Shown here piece by piece: positions 37,311 through 50,190 of a stretch of 64,000 nucleotides of DNA. The notes beneath the pieces are model-generated. The model made no database searches. It was not told the origin of the DNA and worked only from the letters and a program-made list of their open reading frames with translations. How positions within the stretch are numbered: the stretch's first letter is position 1; each line of letters starts with the position of its first letter. The position numbers and the translations under genes were made by a program. The stretch is from the human T2T-CHM13v2.0 reference genome, Homo sapiens, in assembly GCF_009914755.1 (NCBI RefSeq), contig NC_060930.1; one strand, given 5' to 3'.

Positions 37311-38469
37311 AACAAAATAGTTTATTTATGGCCCACTATATTCTAGAAATGAATTAGGGTGGCTTTCAAAGAAATACTGTATCAGCAAGAAACTAAATCT
37401 AAAATACAAGAGACAGTAAAGCTATGATAGGAAGATTAAGTCATAGGTAAGGTATATACACCTAATGCTGGCTTCAAATAATGCCTCAAATACCAAAAGA
37501 TTGATAATGGATACCTATTAGAGCAAGTTTAGAAATTCAAATACATGATATTGCTACTTTCTTTTGAGATGTCACATCTCAGAATCTTGTCTAATTGATC
37601 TGTGACTCCAACGTCACCTGTCACTCTCCTGTCAGCCACTGAGAATTGTACAGTATTAACTTCACACACTAACACCAAAATATTAGTCAGGATAGTTACC
37701 TAATTAAAAACATTTTCCCTCTGTTCCCTTTAAACTGATTAAAAACTGTCTCTCTGAAATACCAATATTGTTCTACAGCTTTTGTTATAATGGCATTTTC
37801 CTTTAAAGACATATATTCTTGTATAGCACCAAAGAAGAGAATTTCCCATTTCTAAAAGATTATTTCATATTTTCCTTAATCATATATGCATGAGATAGTA
37901 TCACAGCAAAACCTCATTCAATACATGTATTTTAACAAGTTAGACCACCAGTTATACACTCTAATTGTATGACTAAACAAGCCATTTTCTGAACTTATTA
38001 TTCCCTCATTAATAGAGAGAGGTTAGGATAAATGATCTTTAAAATATCCCACACTTTTCATATTTTGTATTTCCCTTCCATATTGACTTTGTTATAATTC
38101 ATTCATGGAATAATTTACTTTAACATATATTACTTTTTATTTCTATGAAGTCGTATTTATTGTAGAAACAAAGAGCTGAGGTGAGAAGAAATAATCACCC
38201 ATAAATCTGATCATCTTTGTCTATTAACATTGTTTTATTTATATAGCACTTTGCTTATTATTTTATATCAGCGACATCATATTTACATGAAATCTTATGT
38301 TGTATTTCTATTGTTTAATAATACAAAATTAGAATTTACATGTAACTAAATTTGCTACCATATTTACACAGTTATAAATGTTGCAATGCATGTTGCTGTC
38401 TATACCCATGTGTGTTTGGGAAGTTTTTTCTTAATATAATTTCTATGTCAATGATACAAATAATGTTCT

Positions 38470-38690
38470 ATTTAGGTAACATTTCTCGAGGGCTTACTAA
38501 TGTATCAGACATTGTTCTAAGTGTTTCACAGATATTAACTCATTTATCCTCACATCAACTTGTTGAGCAAGGTCTTATTTTTATCCATCCTCTCTAGAGG
38601 CAGAATTTGAGGCACATAGGAGAGGTTAAATACTTTCCTCATGGCCAGATAGTAAGCAGCAGAATTAGAGTTCAAATCCAGGTTCTGAAG
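38470..38690 (-). mobile_element. MIR SINE
   Basis: gttctaagtgtttcacagatattaactcatttatcctcaca...gaggcacataggagaggttaaa. Confidence 0.7.
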
Positions 38691-38768
38691 ATGGAAACAT
38701 GAGAGGAGCACCTCTGAACAAATATACTCATACCCTTAAGACTGAGTTTTAGTACCAGTTTTTTCAAG

Positions 38769-38877
38769 ATGATGCACAGAACATGCTATGATATCAATTT
38801 TCTATTAAAATGGTAGTGTGGCACCTTTATGGCATAGAAAGAACTGGACTACTTCAGTGTCTACATGACTTCTTTAG
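38769..38877 (+). pseudogene. Candidate exon D (5' boundary uncertain): MMHRTCYDINFLLKW*CGTFMA*KELDYFSVYMTSL
   Basis: Weak acceptor ttttttcaag; donor GTAAAA at 38878; phase 1 end fits exon E; two TAG stops. Confidence 0.4.
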
Positions 38878-38881
38878 GTAA

Positions 38882-39199
<318 letters not shown>

Positions 39200-39764
39200 T
39201 AAAGGTATTCTTTAGATAAAAGGTCACACGTGGAGCATTTCCTTTTAGAAGCAGTTTTCCCAAGTCTATGAGTTATCTAAAGGTACTGAAGGAGTCCAAA
39301 ATTCATATGCCTACAACCCTGTGTGATGGATAAGAAAACTTATAAGGATCACAAGAAACACTCTAGATCTCAATGCACACATTAGTTCTGTAGCAAATAT
39401 AAATTTGTAAAAGATGTATTTGTTTATGTTTTTGGCTTTCTTTGTTAATATGTTATTTTTAATAACCTGAAATCACAAGTTATTTAAATATAAACTACTC
39501 TCCTAAAGAATTGAACATTAACTGCTATGGAAAGTATTCCTGGCTTCCTCCTTAATTCCCATGTGCATGAGTGACATGGCCAGTGGGTAGGCATGGGAAG
39601 CACTGAAGTTCACATGGACCTAGTAGCACCAAATGCAGCTCAGGTTCACTTTAGCAAAACTCCCTAGTATCATTTTTATAAGTAGGTTTATTATTTAATT
39701 AGTCAAGTTTTCATCCACATTGCCTATTTTTCTACTGCGCTCTGCCAAAAACACTCTTTGGCAG

Positions 39765-39833
39765 ATGGTAAAATAATGAAATTGTTGGCTCCAAAATCCA
39801 AAATCTTGGAGATAATTAGAAGATTTGATACAG
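39765..39833 (+). pseudogene. Candidate exon E (69 bp, phase 1-1): DGKIMKLLAPKSKILEIIRRFDT
   Basis: Acceptor ctctttggcag, donor GTAACA, open frame. Confidence 0.55.
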
Positions 39834-40100
39834 GTAACATTTATTAGTCATGAAGAGCTTGACAGCATGGAGAATTTTTCAACCCACACAATTTCTAAAG
39901 GGAGAAAAAAAATCTTTTTTTAATAATACTGATCAAATTATGTTTCTGTGACAAGAAAGGAGAAATACATTTTATAAGGCCTAGCTGGACAGCTTCTTCA
40001 TTCAAGCATAGCCTACACAGAGAAGGAAGGAAAGTCTTTAAAAAAGTCTTTTCCACAACGGCAAATACGAACAATGTTTGAAAATTTCTCTCTGTTCTAG

Positions 40101-40225
40101 TTAAATCAGTTGGAACTTCACCAGTTAGAAATGAATACCAAGAATCATCTTGGAAATCATTTAAAGTAGCTATGAGTGAACAAAAATGTCTTCAAATTAA
40201 CAACTTTCCTCCTTTCTTAGCATAA
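40101..40225 (+). pseudogene. Candidate exon F: VKSVGTSPVRNEYQESSWKSFKVAMSEQKCLQINNFPPFLA*; 3' boundary uncertain
   Basis: Strong acceptor tttctctctgttctag; phase fits exon E; 40 open codons. Confidence 0.55.
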
Positions 40226-40382
40226 GCATCACTCTTGGGCTGGGAAGGAACTCCTGTGCAGGGTCATTTGCTGGTTATAGCAGCTTACGGTTTTAAGATG
40301 TAACCATTTTAGCTATTTAAAGCAAGAAGGCAGGAAGGCAGGCAGAAAGAAAGAGGCTTATTTTTTTTTTCTGTTTTTCCAG

Positions 40383-40630
40383 TTGAAATATAATGATCTT
40401 TAAAAGAGAAAATTTCAAAAGAGAATGGCTGGCTCTATAGATGTTATCAAAGATTGGGATTAATTCTTTTGTATTATGAAAATGGAATGATAAACTGGCA
40501 AAGAATGAAATACAGCTATAAGGACTAGGAAAAAATATTTTTCAAAGAAGATTTGTTAACCAGACACTTCTGGAAACAGGGACTGTTAAACTCTAAAAAC
40601 AGGCCTTATTGTAGATATCTGATACAATTT
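40383..40630 (+). pseudogene. Candidate exon G, heavily decayed: LKYNDL*KRKFQKRMAGSIDVIKDWD*FFCIMKME / DKLAKNEIQL*GLGKNIFQRRFVNQTLLETGTVKL*KQALL*ISDTI
   Basis: Strong acceptor ttttttttttctgtttttccag. The reading needs one frameshift near 40489 and several stops. Confidence 0.4.
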
Positions 40631-40724
40631 AAAAATAACAATAATAGATAGTTTTCAAGTAAACATGACCTGGAAGGTGGTGAGAAACAATTCATCAGGA
40701 GCATAAATCATGATAGAATATGAT

Positions 40725-40955
40725 CATCATAATAGCTGACGTTTATCAGGCAGGTCATATGTGCAGACACTGTTCAAAGTGCTTTATTCACATGAACTCA
40801 TTGATTACCTACAACGTTTCAGTGAAGTAGTTTTCAAGGCTTTGGTAGATTAGATTGCTTGACTAAGGTTGCAGAACTGTTAACAATATAACTGGAAACT
40901 GAACTCAGGAAATATAATTTCAGAATCCATGGTTTTAACCTCTATGCAATATGAC
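40725..40955 (-). mobile_element. MIR SINE
   Basis: ataatagctgacgtttat...cactgttcaaagtgcttta...ttttaacctctatgc. Confidence 0.65.
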
Positions 40956-41003
40956 CTTATCCTAATACAAGGATGATAAGGTAAATTTAAAATTTATCTC
41001 TAG

Positions 41004-41047
41004 GCTCTTGGCACAATCTTTTATGTAGAGGTGAAACCATTATGAAG
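41004..41047 (+). pseudogene. Candidate exon H (44 bp, phase 1-0): xSWHNLLCRGETIMK
   Basis: Acceptor atttatctctag, donor GTATAT, open frame. Confidence 0.35.
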
Positions 41048-41377
41048 GTATATATGTTCTGTAATAATGAAAGGGTATGCCTCGTTCAAAGGAAATTGAT
41101 CTTAGAGCAAGATGTAACAGTATTTCATGTAAAGAAGGTGTACATGATTTGACCAAAAGAAGAAAGGAAGGAAAGGAATAAAATATCTATGGTCCTAACA
41201 TAGAAGAAATACACAAACATGCTAAAGGGCACTTTTGAAGGCAAGAAAAAATAATAATTTTATTGTTAAGAATATTGTAGGCTTTCAGATAATATTCCAG
41301 ATATCTCAGATGATAGCCATGGTTAACATTTTGGTACTTTGTATGTATGTATGTGTGTATAAACAAATATACATATA

Positions 41378-42380
41378 TGAATTCAATAAATATTTATTGA
41401 GTTCCTACTGCCAGATACTGTTGGGTTTTCTGTGTTTAGAGTGAAGAACAAGCCTGCTCTCACACTTATGGGAGAAACAGAAAATTGTAAAAATATTAGT
41501 TACTAATAACATATAAAGAAAAATTTATCGTGATGAAAGAAGGAATCAATGAGCTATTTTATTTGAATGCTGAGGAAAGGTCTTGTTGAACTCAAATAAA
41601 GGGAGGGAGGTGGGTGAGAAAGAGGTAAGCAGGAGGAGGAGGTGGGGGGGGCAGTGGGGGCCAATGATGGCCTGGAAAGAAAATTCTAAGCAGAAGCAGC
41701 AGCAGGGTAAAAAAAACTGGTGAAAGAACATACTCTGGTTGTTTAAGAATAGCAAGAAAGTCAGTGGAGCTGGAGAGGTTTCAGCAAGAGGTGAGGAAAT
41801 ATCGAAAAATGAAATCAAAGAAACAGGCCCAACCTTGTCATGTTTCTCAGTTTGGGCTTCTTGCTAAAGAGTGTGGGATGCTATTGTAAGATTTTGAGCA
41901 GGAGAGTGAAATGATTTGATTTCCACCTTAGAAATCTCATCCACATCACTATGCAAAAGAGCAAAATCAGGATAACCAGTTAGGAGGCTGTGGGAATATT
42001 TTAGACATGAGGTGATAGTATGAAGTCTGATATGCCAACTGGACTTCTAAGTGAAAAATATCTTGTAGACTGTTGGAAAAACTGGTCAAAACTCAAAGGA
42101 GAGGCAGGACAGAAGATATACATTTGTGATGCCTCAATATGTAGATAATATTTAAATCATGAGTCCCATAGAAATGAACATAGGTTAAAAAAATGAAGAA
42201 AAAAAGAAATGTGAGGACCAATACCTGGAAAATTCCAAAACTTACAAGTTAGAGAATGGAAGAAAGAGCAAGGAAAACTGAGAAGTAGTATCTTGTGAGG
42301 TAGAAGAAGAATCCAGAAGCCACAGTGTCCTGAAAATCATGAGAATGAAGTGTTTTATGAAAAAGGGAATTATCAATGCA
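41378..42380 (-). mobile_element. L2 LINE 3' portion
   Basis: attcaataaatatttattgagttcctac (reverse of the L2 3' end); gattttgagcaggagagtgaaatgatttgattt. Confidence 0.75.
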
Positions 42381-42508
42381 TTTGACTATAGATAGACAGA
42401 GATAGAGATTGAGCTATAAATATGTTTGAGCTTTTTAAAACTGGAAATATAGTGAATATTTGTTCATATTTTAAGCATATTTTAATTTCTGTATAACATT
42501 CAAATCAG

Positions 42509-42568
42509 AAGCCATTTTAAGAAAGACTATAAGATGATAAGATACAGGTCTAGAAAAATGCTTTTTTG
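42509..42568 (+). pseudogene. Candidate exon I (60 bp): KPF*ERL*DDKIQV*KNAFL (frame ambiguous)
   Basis: Acceptor ttcaaatcag and strong donor GTAAGC at 42569. Confidence 0.3.
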
Positions 42569-42828
42569 GTAAGCTACTTTGATTCCCCAAGTAAAAGTCA
42601 TTAGATAAGGCTCTGTTATGCTGTTATGAATGCAATAATCAGTATGAACCACATCATAAGAGAGAAAAGAATGAGTGATTCCTCTTAGAATCAGTGTTTT
42701 TGGGGGTAATAGATTTTACAGTTACTCAAAATTAAACAATTTAAGTAAATTACCAGTGATTCTGGGAGACTTGGAGAGCCAGGCTGACTAAGGCTAAGAG
42801 GAGAGAAGAGGAAAAAAAGTGAATCCCT

Positions 42829-43023
42829 CCATCCTGGCTAACTCAGTGAAACTCTGTCTCTACTAAAAATACAAAAAATTAGCCGGGCATGGTAGTGGGT
42901 GCCTGTAGTCCCAGCTACTCAGGAGGCTGAGGCAGAATGGCGTGAACCCAGGATGAGGAGCTTGCAGTGAGCCGAGATTGTACCACTGCCCTCCAGCCTG
43001 GGCGACAGAGCAAGACTCTGTCT

Positions 43024-43062
<39 letters not shown>
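42829..43062 (+). mobile_element. 5'-truncated AluY with A38 tail; TSD aaaaaaagtga(a/g)tc
   Basis: Begins at ccatcctggctaac; AluY diagnostics gaatggcgtgaacc and gagcttgcagtgag. Confidence 0.92.
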
Positions 43063-43064
<2 letters not shown>

Positions 43065-43708
43065 GAGTCTCCTCTTTTTTCAAAGGCTTGGATTGATAGA
43101 TGCTCATGTTTTGCCCAAAAGAGGCTTCTACTTGTTGAGCTAGCTATAAGAAGGTGAAGAGTGTGGGGGAAAGAAATATGCCTACTGTGTTAACCCCCAT
43201 GTGTCAAGCCTGTCCAAAATCTGCAGCCATAACTTCCATTATATCTCATTGGCCAGAACTTAGTCATGTGGCCGTCACTGTCTGAAAGTTAAAGGGGTTA
43301 GTTTTTGTTTATTTGTTTGTTTGTCTTTAAACTGAGAATACTGTTGCACTCAGTGAAACTAGTATTCTATAGTAGGGAAAGACAGGATAATAACTAATGT
43401 GTGAATAAATATAAGTCTCTGGATAGGAACCTCAAGATACACTTATGCTTTTTTCAGTCCTCATTTCTCATCATATTTCTTCCTCCAACTATAATACAAT
43501 TCTATATTTGTATTTAATTTATTGTGCTTTATTGTCTAGGTCTTTACTCATACTAAATTCACTCTGCTAAGAACACTTTTCTCCTTTCCCTTTCATATGG
43601 CTTAATTCTTCTGATTTTTCCACTCTCAGCTTAAATGTTACTTCCTCAAATCTGCATTGCCTTTGTTGTCCTCATCGGCATTAGCATCGTGAATATTATT
43701 ATTATTAG

Positions 43709-44130
43709 TTTTGCTAAACACTGAGGACAGATCGCTTCTGTCTATTAACCATTGGCTAGTAGTTTATCATTGAATACCTCGCTTAGTCTACACTCTCAAG
43801 GAAGAAGAAGGCAGAGCCCAATGCAGATGGCTAAATTCCAGCTCATGTTTTCCTCTTTTGAGGCTCCTATCTGGAAGGTATAGCGTCCATCCTTTACCTA
43901 ATTATGGACCATTGTTTCTTCTCCATTTGTTTTGGTTTCTTTTAGAGAGGCAACTATTATACATAGATTGAATCTTCATTCTCTGACCAATGCTAATGAG
44001 AGTGCGGTTTAGGTTCCTCAGTGATCATGTTGTACAGCTGCTCTGAGCCTTGCCATTGTTTGCTTCTGAAAATGCAATCACTTGAATTCTTATCAGATCT
44101 TAGTTACAAGGTAGCAAACAAACCGACTGC
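43709..44130 (+). pseudogene. Candidate exons J (43709-43877) and K (from 43946): xLLNTEDRSLLSINHWLVVYH*...LLSGR|EATIIHRLNLHSLTNANESAV*VP
   Basis: Donor GTATAG at 43878 and strong acceptor ttttggtttcttttag at 43945, with phase 2 matching. The intron is only 68 bp. Confidence 0.4.
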
Positions 44131-44259
44131 TCTGCTCATGCTGAAAGAATTCAGGAGGTCTTTGTGTAGAATCTGATTTATAATCCTTATAAAATAAAGT
44201 ACCATTCCAGAGTTACTAGTGCCATTGCTCAAGTCTTGCTGCTCACCAGTGTGAAATTA

Positions 44260-46394
44260 GGACTTCAGGAAGGTGGCTAACAAGAGATACCTGGAGTTTG
44301 TTGCCCCAATAAGAAAGGACCAAGACAATGAATAAAGAGCTAAGATTTGACTGGAGTATTGAAGGGAGAGCACTGGAGTGCATTGGAGGGGTGGAGACAC
44401 ACCAATGATGACTGGGAGTCCAGAAAAGCAGCAAGGAGGCACCAGGCCTCTTCTGGCCCCCTGGCTCAGATCAGATCTGACAGGAGTCAGGAAGGATTTT
44501 TTTGTGTGTGGGAAAAAAAAATGCCAGCCCCAATTGCCACCACAAACACTTATGGTCCTTCTACAGGAGAATCCCTAGTCCTCACAAGCCCTGAATCCAG
44601 TTTGGAGAGCTTCTGGGAATTTGTGCAGATGCATTGCCTCAGACTAGGAGCATGAGGTATGCATTCTGCACTCCCCACCTACCTGCTGGGAGCCCAGCTG
44701 CTGCAGCATGACACCATCTTGAGAACAGAGCCACCTCTGGAGTTCACCCTGCTCTGGGGGCCAGAAGCCACTGCACCCTCTCCAGCACTGGGACTCCAAC
44801 TTTATTGTATCAAGCCCACATGGGTGGCTGAATGCCACAACCCCAGCTGCAAGGAACTAGGCTGAGGATCACCTATGACTTTGTTCCTGTACAGCAGGGA
44901 TATCAACCCCTGCTGCTACACTTTCAGGCAGAGAAACCATCTGTCAGTTCACCACAGATTGAATCTACCCTTGAGCTGGCCAAACTGCTGCATGCCCTCC
45001 ACAGGAGAGGCCCTGAGCCTCTGAGCAGCTGATACACCCCCAGGGTGGTGGAGTGGTTGCCCATTCATGCTCGAGACTAAGAAAGAGCCCCACATCCTTC
45101 CCCTTATTCCTGCAAACATGTCCCTAGCTGGCCCAATGGTCCTGGGACCCCAATAAGGACCTGAGAAATAGTCCCACAGGCCATCCCTGGAAGGCATTCC
45201 CCCAGGCTGGCCAGGAGCTGTTAGCTCGTGGTCCAAACCTGAGAAATAGCCTCATGGGCCACCTTTGCTGGTTATGTGCCAAACCAACTAAGCAGCCTTC
45301 CACCCACATCTTGGGCGTGAGAAACGGCTCTGCAGGTTGCCTCTGGCAGACACACCCCCAGGCCAGCTGAGTAGCTGTCTGCCTACATCCCAGGCCTGAG
45401 AAACAGCCCTGTGGGCCACCCCAGCAGAAACACCCTCACACCAGCCATGCAGCCATGTCACAGGCCTGAGAAACAATTCTGCAGGTTTCCATTGGCAGAC
45501 ATGCCCCCAGGCCAGCTGAGCAGCTGTGCACCTGCATACCAAGCCTGAGAAATAGTCCCACGGGTTACCCTTGATGGGCATGCCCCTAAACCAGTCGAAC
45601 AGCCTTGCACCCACATTCCAAATCTGAGAAATAGCATCATATGCCCACTACCCCACCCAGCAGACACATCCCCAAGCCAACCATGCAGCCTTGAGCCTAT
45701 ATCCCAGGCCTAAGAAGCAGCCCTGTGGGCCACCCCAGCAGACATGCACCCAGGCCAGCCAAGAAGTTGTGAAATTGAAAACTTTTCAAGTCTCAGAGAG
45801 AGACGGACATCTGGGTCTGGGAAGCTCAAAGAATCCCACATGGATTCAACCCAAACAGATCCTCTTCAAGACACATTATAGTCAAATTGTTGAAAGGCAA
45901 AGAAAGAATTCTAAAAGCTTCAGGAGAGAAGTGTCAAGTCACATATAAGGAAATCTCCATCAGACTAGCAATGAATTTTTCAGCAGAAACCTTACAGGCC
46001 TGGAGAAAATGGGATGATATATTGAAAATACTGAAAGAAAAATATGCCATCCAAGAATAGTATACACAGCCAAGCTAACCTTAGGAAATGAAGGAGAAAT
46101 GAAATCTTTCACAGACAAGCTATATCTAAGTGAATTCATCAGCACTATATCAGCCTTACAGGAAATCCTCAAGAGGATTGGATGTAAAAAGATGATAACC
46201 ACCATTACGAGAACATGTGGAACTATAAAACTTACTGGTAGAGCTGATAAAGGAGAAAGAGAAAGAAATCAAACCTTATCACTACAGAATACCCCACCAC
46301 AAAAATAAACAATAAGAGAGAAAGGAAAGAAGAAAGAATATACAAAACAACTGGAAATCAATTTTTAAAATGACAGGAGTAAGTCCTGACCTAA
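44260..46394 (+). mobile_element. L1MA/L1M-type 5' portion: 5' UTR with tandem repeats, 3' half of ORF1, ORF2 start; interrupted by ERV9
   Basis: ORF1 motifs (KTHYSQIVE; EGEMKSFTDKLYLSEFIST); ORF2 start atgacaggagtaagtcc at 46370. Confidence 0.75.
45100..45765 (+). repeat. Degenerate ~78-bp tandem repeat, about 8 units, in the L1M 5' UTR
   Basis: cctgagaaa-like anchor at 45160, 45238, 45316, 45395, 45465, 45544, 45623 and 45709. Confidence 0.85.
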
Positions 46395-47539
46395 TGAGAG
46401 GTGACAACGTGCCAGCAGCCCTCGCTTGCTCTCAGTGCCTCCTCGGCCTCGGCATCTGCTCTGGCCATGCTTGAGGAGCCCTTCAGCCCGCCACTGCACT
46501 GTGGGGGCCCCTCTCTGGGGCTGGCCGAGGCCAGAACCGGCTCCCTCTGCTCACGGGGAGGTGTGGAGGGAGAGGCGTGGGTGGGAGCATGCAGCCCTCA
46601 TGGGCCGGTGGGGGTTCCAGGTGGGCGCAGGCTCAGTGGGCCTCACACTTGGCACAGCTGGCCGGCGCCTGCTGGGCTTGATCAGGGGACAAACTCCCTC
46701 CAGGCTGCTGGAGTGCCCAGGCTAGGTGCCACAAAGTCCCGTGGTGAGTGCCAGTGAGAAGTGAAGCTGGCTGGGCTTCTGGGACGAGTGGGGACTTGGA
46801 GAACTTTTCTGTCTAGCTAAAGGATTGTAAACGCACCAATCAGCACTCTGTGTCTAGCTAAAGGTTTGTAAATGCACCAATCAGCGCTCTGTGTCCAGCT
46901 AATCTAGCGGGGACTTGGAGAACTTTTGTGTCTAGCTAAAGGATTGTAAACGCACCAATCAGCACTCTGTGTCTAGCTAAAGGTTTGTAAATGCACCAAT
47001 CAGCACCCTGTCAAAATGGACCAATCAGATCTCTGTAAAATGGACCAATCAGCAGGATGTGGGTGCAGCCAGATAATGGCATAAAAGCAGGCCACCCGAG
47101 CCAGCAGCGGCAACCCTCTTGGGTCCCCTTCCATGCTGTGGAAGCTTCGCTCTTTCGCTTTTCACAATAAATCTTGCTGCTGCTCACTCTTTGGGTCCAC
47201 ACCACCTTTATGAGCTATAACACTCACTGCGAAGGTCTGTAACTTCACTCCTGAAGCCAGCGAGACCACGAACCCACTGGGAGGAATGAGCAACTCCAGA
47301 TGCACTGCCTTTAAGAGCTGTAACACTCACTGCAAAGGTCTGCAGCTTCACTCCTGAAGTCAGTGAGACCACGAACCCACCAGAAGGAAGAAACTCTGGA
47401 CACATCTGAACATCTAAAGGAACAAACTCCGGAACAAACTCCAGACACACCATCTTTAAGAACTGTAACACTCACCACGAGGGTTTGCGGCTTCATTCTT
47501 GAAGTCAGCGAGACCAAGAACCCACCAATTCCGGACACA
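46395..47539 (+). promoter_or_regulatory. 5' LTR (LTR12D/E-like): six tandem CCAAT boxes (46836-47049), GATA and TATA-like motifs (~47070-47087), AATAAA 47166-47171, U5 repeats
   Basis: tgagaggtgacaacgtg...ccggacaca termini; gcaccaatcagc repeats. Confidence 0.93.
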
Positions 47540-47542
47540 TTT

Positions 47543-47560
47543 TGGCAACCATGAAGGGAC
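47543..47560 (+). other. Primer-binding site, tRNA-Arg type (tggcaaccatgaagggac)
   Basis: Immediately 3' of the LTR; resembles the ERV9 PBS. Confidence 0.75.
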
Positions 47561-48741
47561 TTTTAATTGCCATGCAGTGAGACTTTCACCTATCACCAAG
47601 CGGTGAGTACCACTGGACCGCTTTCACTTGCTATTCTGTCCTGTTTTTCCTTACAATTCAGGGGCTAAATACTGGGCACCTGTAGGCCAGTTAAAAGCGA
47701 CTAGTGTGGCCGCCGGACTAAAGACACGGATATCAGGCTTTCTGGGAAAGGGCTCTCTAACGACCCCCAACTCTTCGGAGTTGGGAGCGTTGGTTTGCCT
47801 GGAACCAGCTTCTGCTTTTTCTGTACTCTGGGCTGAGCCAAGGGTCGACAGAGAGGAAAGCCATTGAGTTCTGGGGTCCCGACAACAAGTTGGTTGACCC
47901 TGCGGCCATGAGTGGAACTCTCAAAGGCATGTTGCCCAAGCGAGACTTGCCCATCTAGCCTATCTATGCTGACCCTTGCCTCCTGGGTCCTAATGCCTGT
48001 CAGACAAACTTCCTCTTGCCTCTCTTCTCCAAGGCTAGTCCCGCTTCTAAAAACCACTCCCTGCCTCTGGTACTTTTCCAGTTTCTCCTCTAAGGATGTT
48101 TTCTAGTATAAACGCCAGGACTCTGTTACCTTCTTTAGGCACCTTGGCTCACCAATCAGAAAGACATAATTTTTGCCCAAAGCTCCATCGTAGGAGGGAC
48201 TATCTGGAATTTTAGGATCCCTCCTCAGACAAGAAGGCCTAACAAAAGCTATTCCTGAAGCTAGGATATGGGGAGCCTCTGAAATTTTATCCTTCCTATT
48301 CCTATAAGTGGGGACAAAAGGCATCACTCTTCCAACTCTGGAGATCCCTTCCCTCCCTCAGGGTATGGCCCGCCACTTCATTTTTGGGGCATAACACCTT
48401 TATAGGACATGGGTAAGGTCCCAATACTAACAGGAGAATGCTTAGGACTCTAACAGGTTTTCGAGAATGTGTTGGTAAGGGCCACTAAATCTGATTTTTC
48501 TTGGTCCTCTTTGTGGTCTAGGACGACAGGCAAGGGTGCAGGTTTTTGAGAATGCATCAGTAAGGGCCACTAAATCTGACCTTCCTCGTTCCTTCTTGTG
48601 TTCTGGGAGGAAAACTAGCGTTTCTGCTGCTGCATCAGTGAGTGTAACTATTCCGACGAGCAGGGTCCAGGGACCCTTGTGGGTTCTTGGGCAGGGGGAG
48701 AAACAAAACAAACCAAAGCCATGGGTGGTTTTGTCTTTCAG

Positions 48742-50190
48742 ATGGGAAACACTCTGGCATCAACAGGCTCACCCTTGAAATGCATCCTAAATCATTGGGA
48801 CCAATTTGACCCACAAACCCTGAAAAAAAGGCAGCTCATTTTTTTCTGCACTATGGCTTGGCCCCAATATTCTCTCTCTGATGGGGAAAAATGGCCACCT
48901 GAGGGAAGTGTACATTACAATACTATCCTGCAGCTTGACTTTTTTTGTAAGAGGGAAGGCAAATGGAATGAAATACCTTATGTCCAAGCTTTCTTTTCAT
49001 TGAAGGAGAATACACAACTACATTTTACATCTCACAGGAGGACCTCTCAGCTTACCCCCATATCGTAGCCTCCCTATAGCTCCCCTTCCTATTAATGATA
49101 ATCCTCCTCTAATCTCCCCTGCCCAGAAGGAAATAAGCAAAGAAATCTCCAAAGGACCACAAAATCCCCCAGGCTATCGGTTATGTCCCCTTCAAGCTGT
49201 AGGGGCAGGGGAATTTGGCCCAACATGGGTACATGTCCCATTCTCCCTCTCTGATTTAAAGCAGATCAAGGCAGACCTGGGGAAGTTTTCAGATGATCCT
49301 GATAGGTACATAGATGTCCTACAGGGTCTAGGGCAAACCTTTAATCTTACTTGGAGAGATGTCATGCTATTGTTACATCAAACCTTGGCCTTTAATGAAA
49401 AGAATGCAGCTTTAGCTGCAGCCCAAGAGTTTGGAGATACCTGGTATCTTAGTCAACTAAATGATAGAATGACAGCCAAAGAAAGGGACAAATTCCCTAC
49501 CAGTCAGCAAGCCATCCCCAATATGGATCCCCACTGTGATCTTGACTCAGATCATGGGGACTGGAGTTGTAAACATCTGTTGACCTGTGTTCTAGAAGGA
49601 CTAAGAAGAATTAGCAAAAAGCCCATGAATTATTCAATGATGTCCACCATAACTCAGGGAAAGGAAGAAAATCCTTCTGCCTTCCTCGAGCAGCTATGGG
49701 AGGCCTTAAGAAAATATACTCCACTGTCATCCAAATCACTCAAGGGTCAATTGATTCTAAAAGATAAGTTTATTACTCAATCAGCTGCAGATATCAGGAG
49801 AGAGCTCCAAAAGCAAGCCCTAGGCCCTGAACAAAATTTGGAAACATTATTAAACCTGGCAACCTCGGTGTTCTATAGTAGGGACCAAAAGGAATAGGCC
49901 CAATAGGAAAAGGGAGACCAGAGAAAGGCCACAGCCTTAGTCATGGCCCTCAGACAAACAAACCCTGGAGGTTCAGAGAGGACAGAAAATGGAACAGGCC
50001 AATCACCCAGTAGGGCTTGTTACCAGTGTGGTTTGCAAGGACACTTTAAAAAAGATTGTCCAACGAGAAACAAGCCACCCCCTCATCCATGTCTGCTATG
50101 CCAAGGCAATCACTGAAAGGTGCGCTGCCCCAGAGGACAAAGGTTCTCTGGGTAGAAGCCCCCAACCACATGATCCAACAACAGGACTGA
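48742..50190 (+). pseudogene. gag: ERV9 gag, disrupted
   Basis: [24 protein letters not shown]; MHR-like ITQGKEENPSAFLEQL; zinc knuckle CYQCGLQGHFKKDC at 50018-50059. Confidence 0.9.

Noticed and set aside
37565-37581. Palindrome tgagatgt-c-acatctca
   Set aside because: Arms of 8 bp can occur by chance in 64 kb and there is no supporting context.
46790-47530. Regularly spaced repeats resembling a CRISPR array
   Set aside because: These are LTR12 U3 CCAAT repeats and U5 repeats, with no unique spacers or cas genes, in primate DNA.
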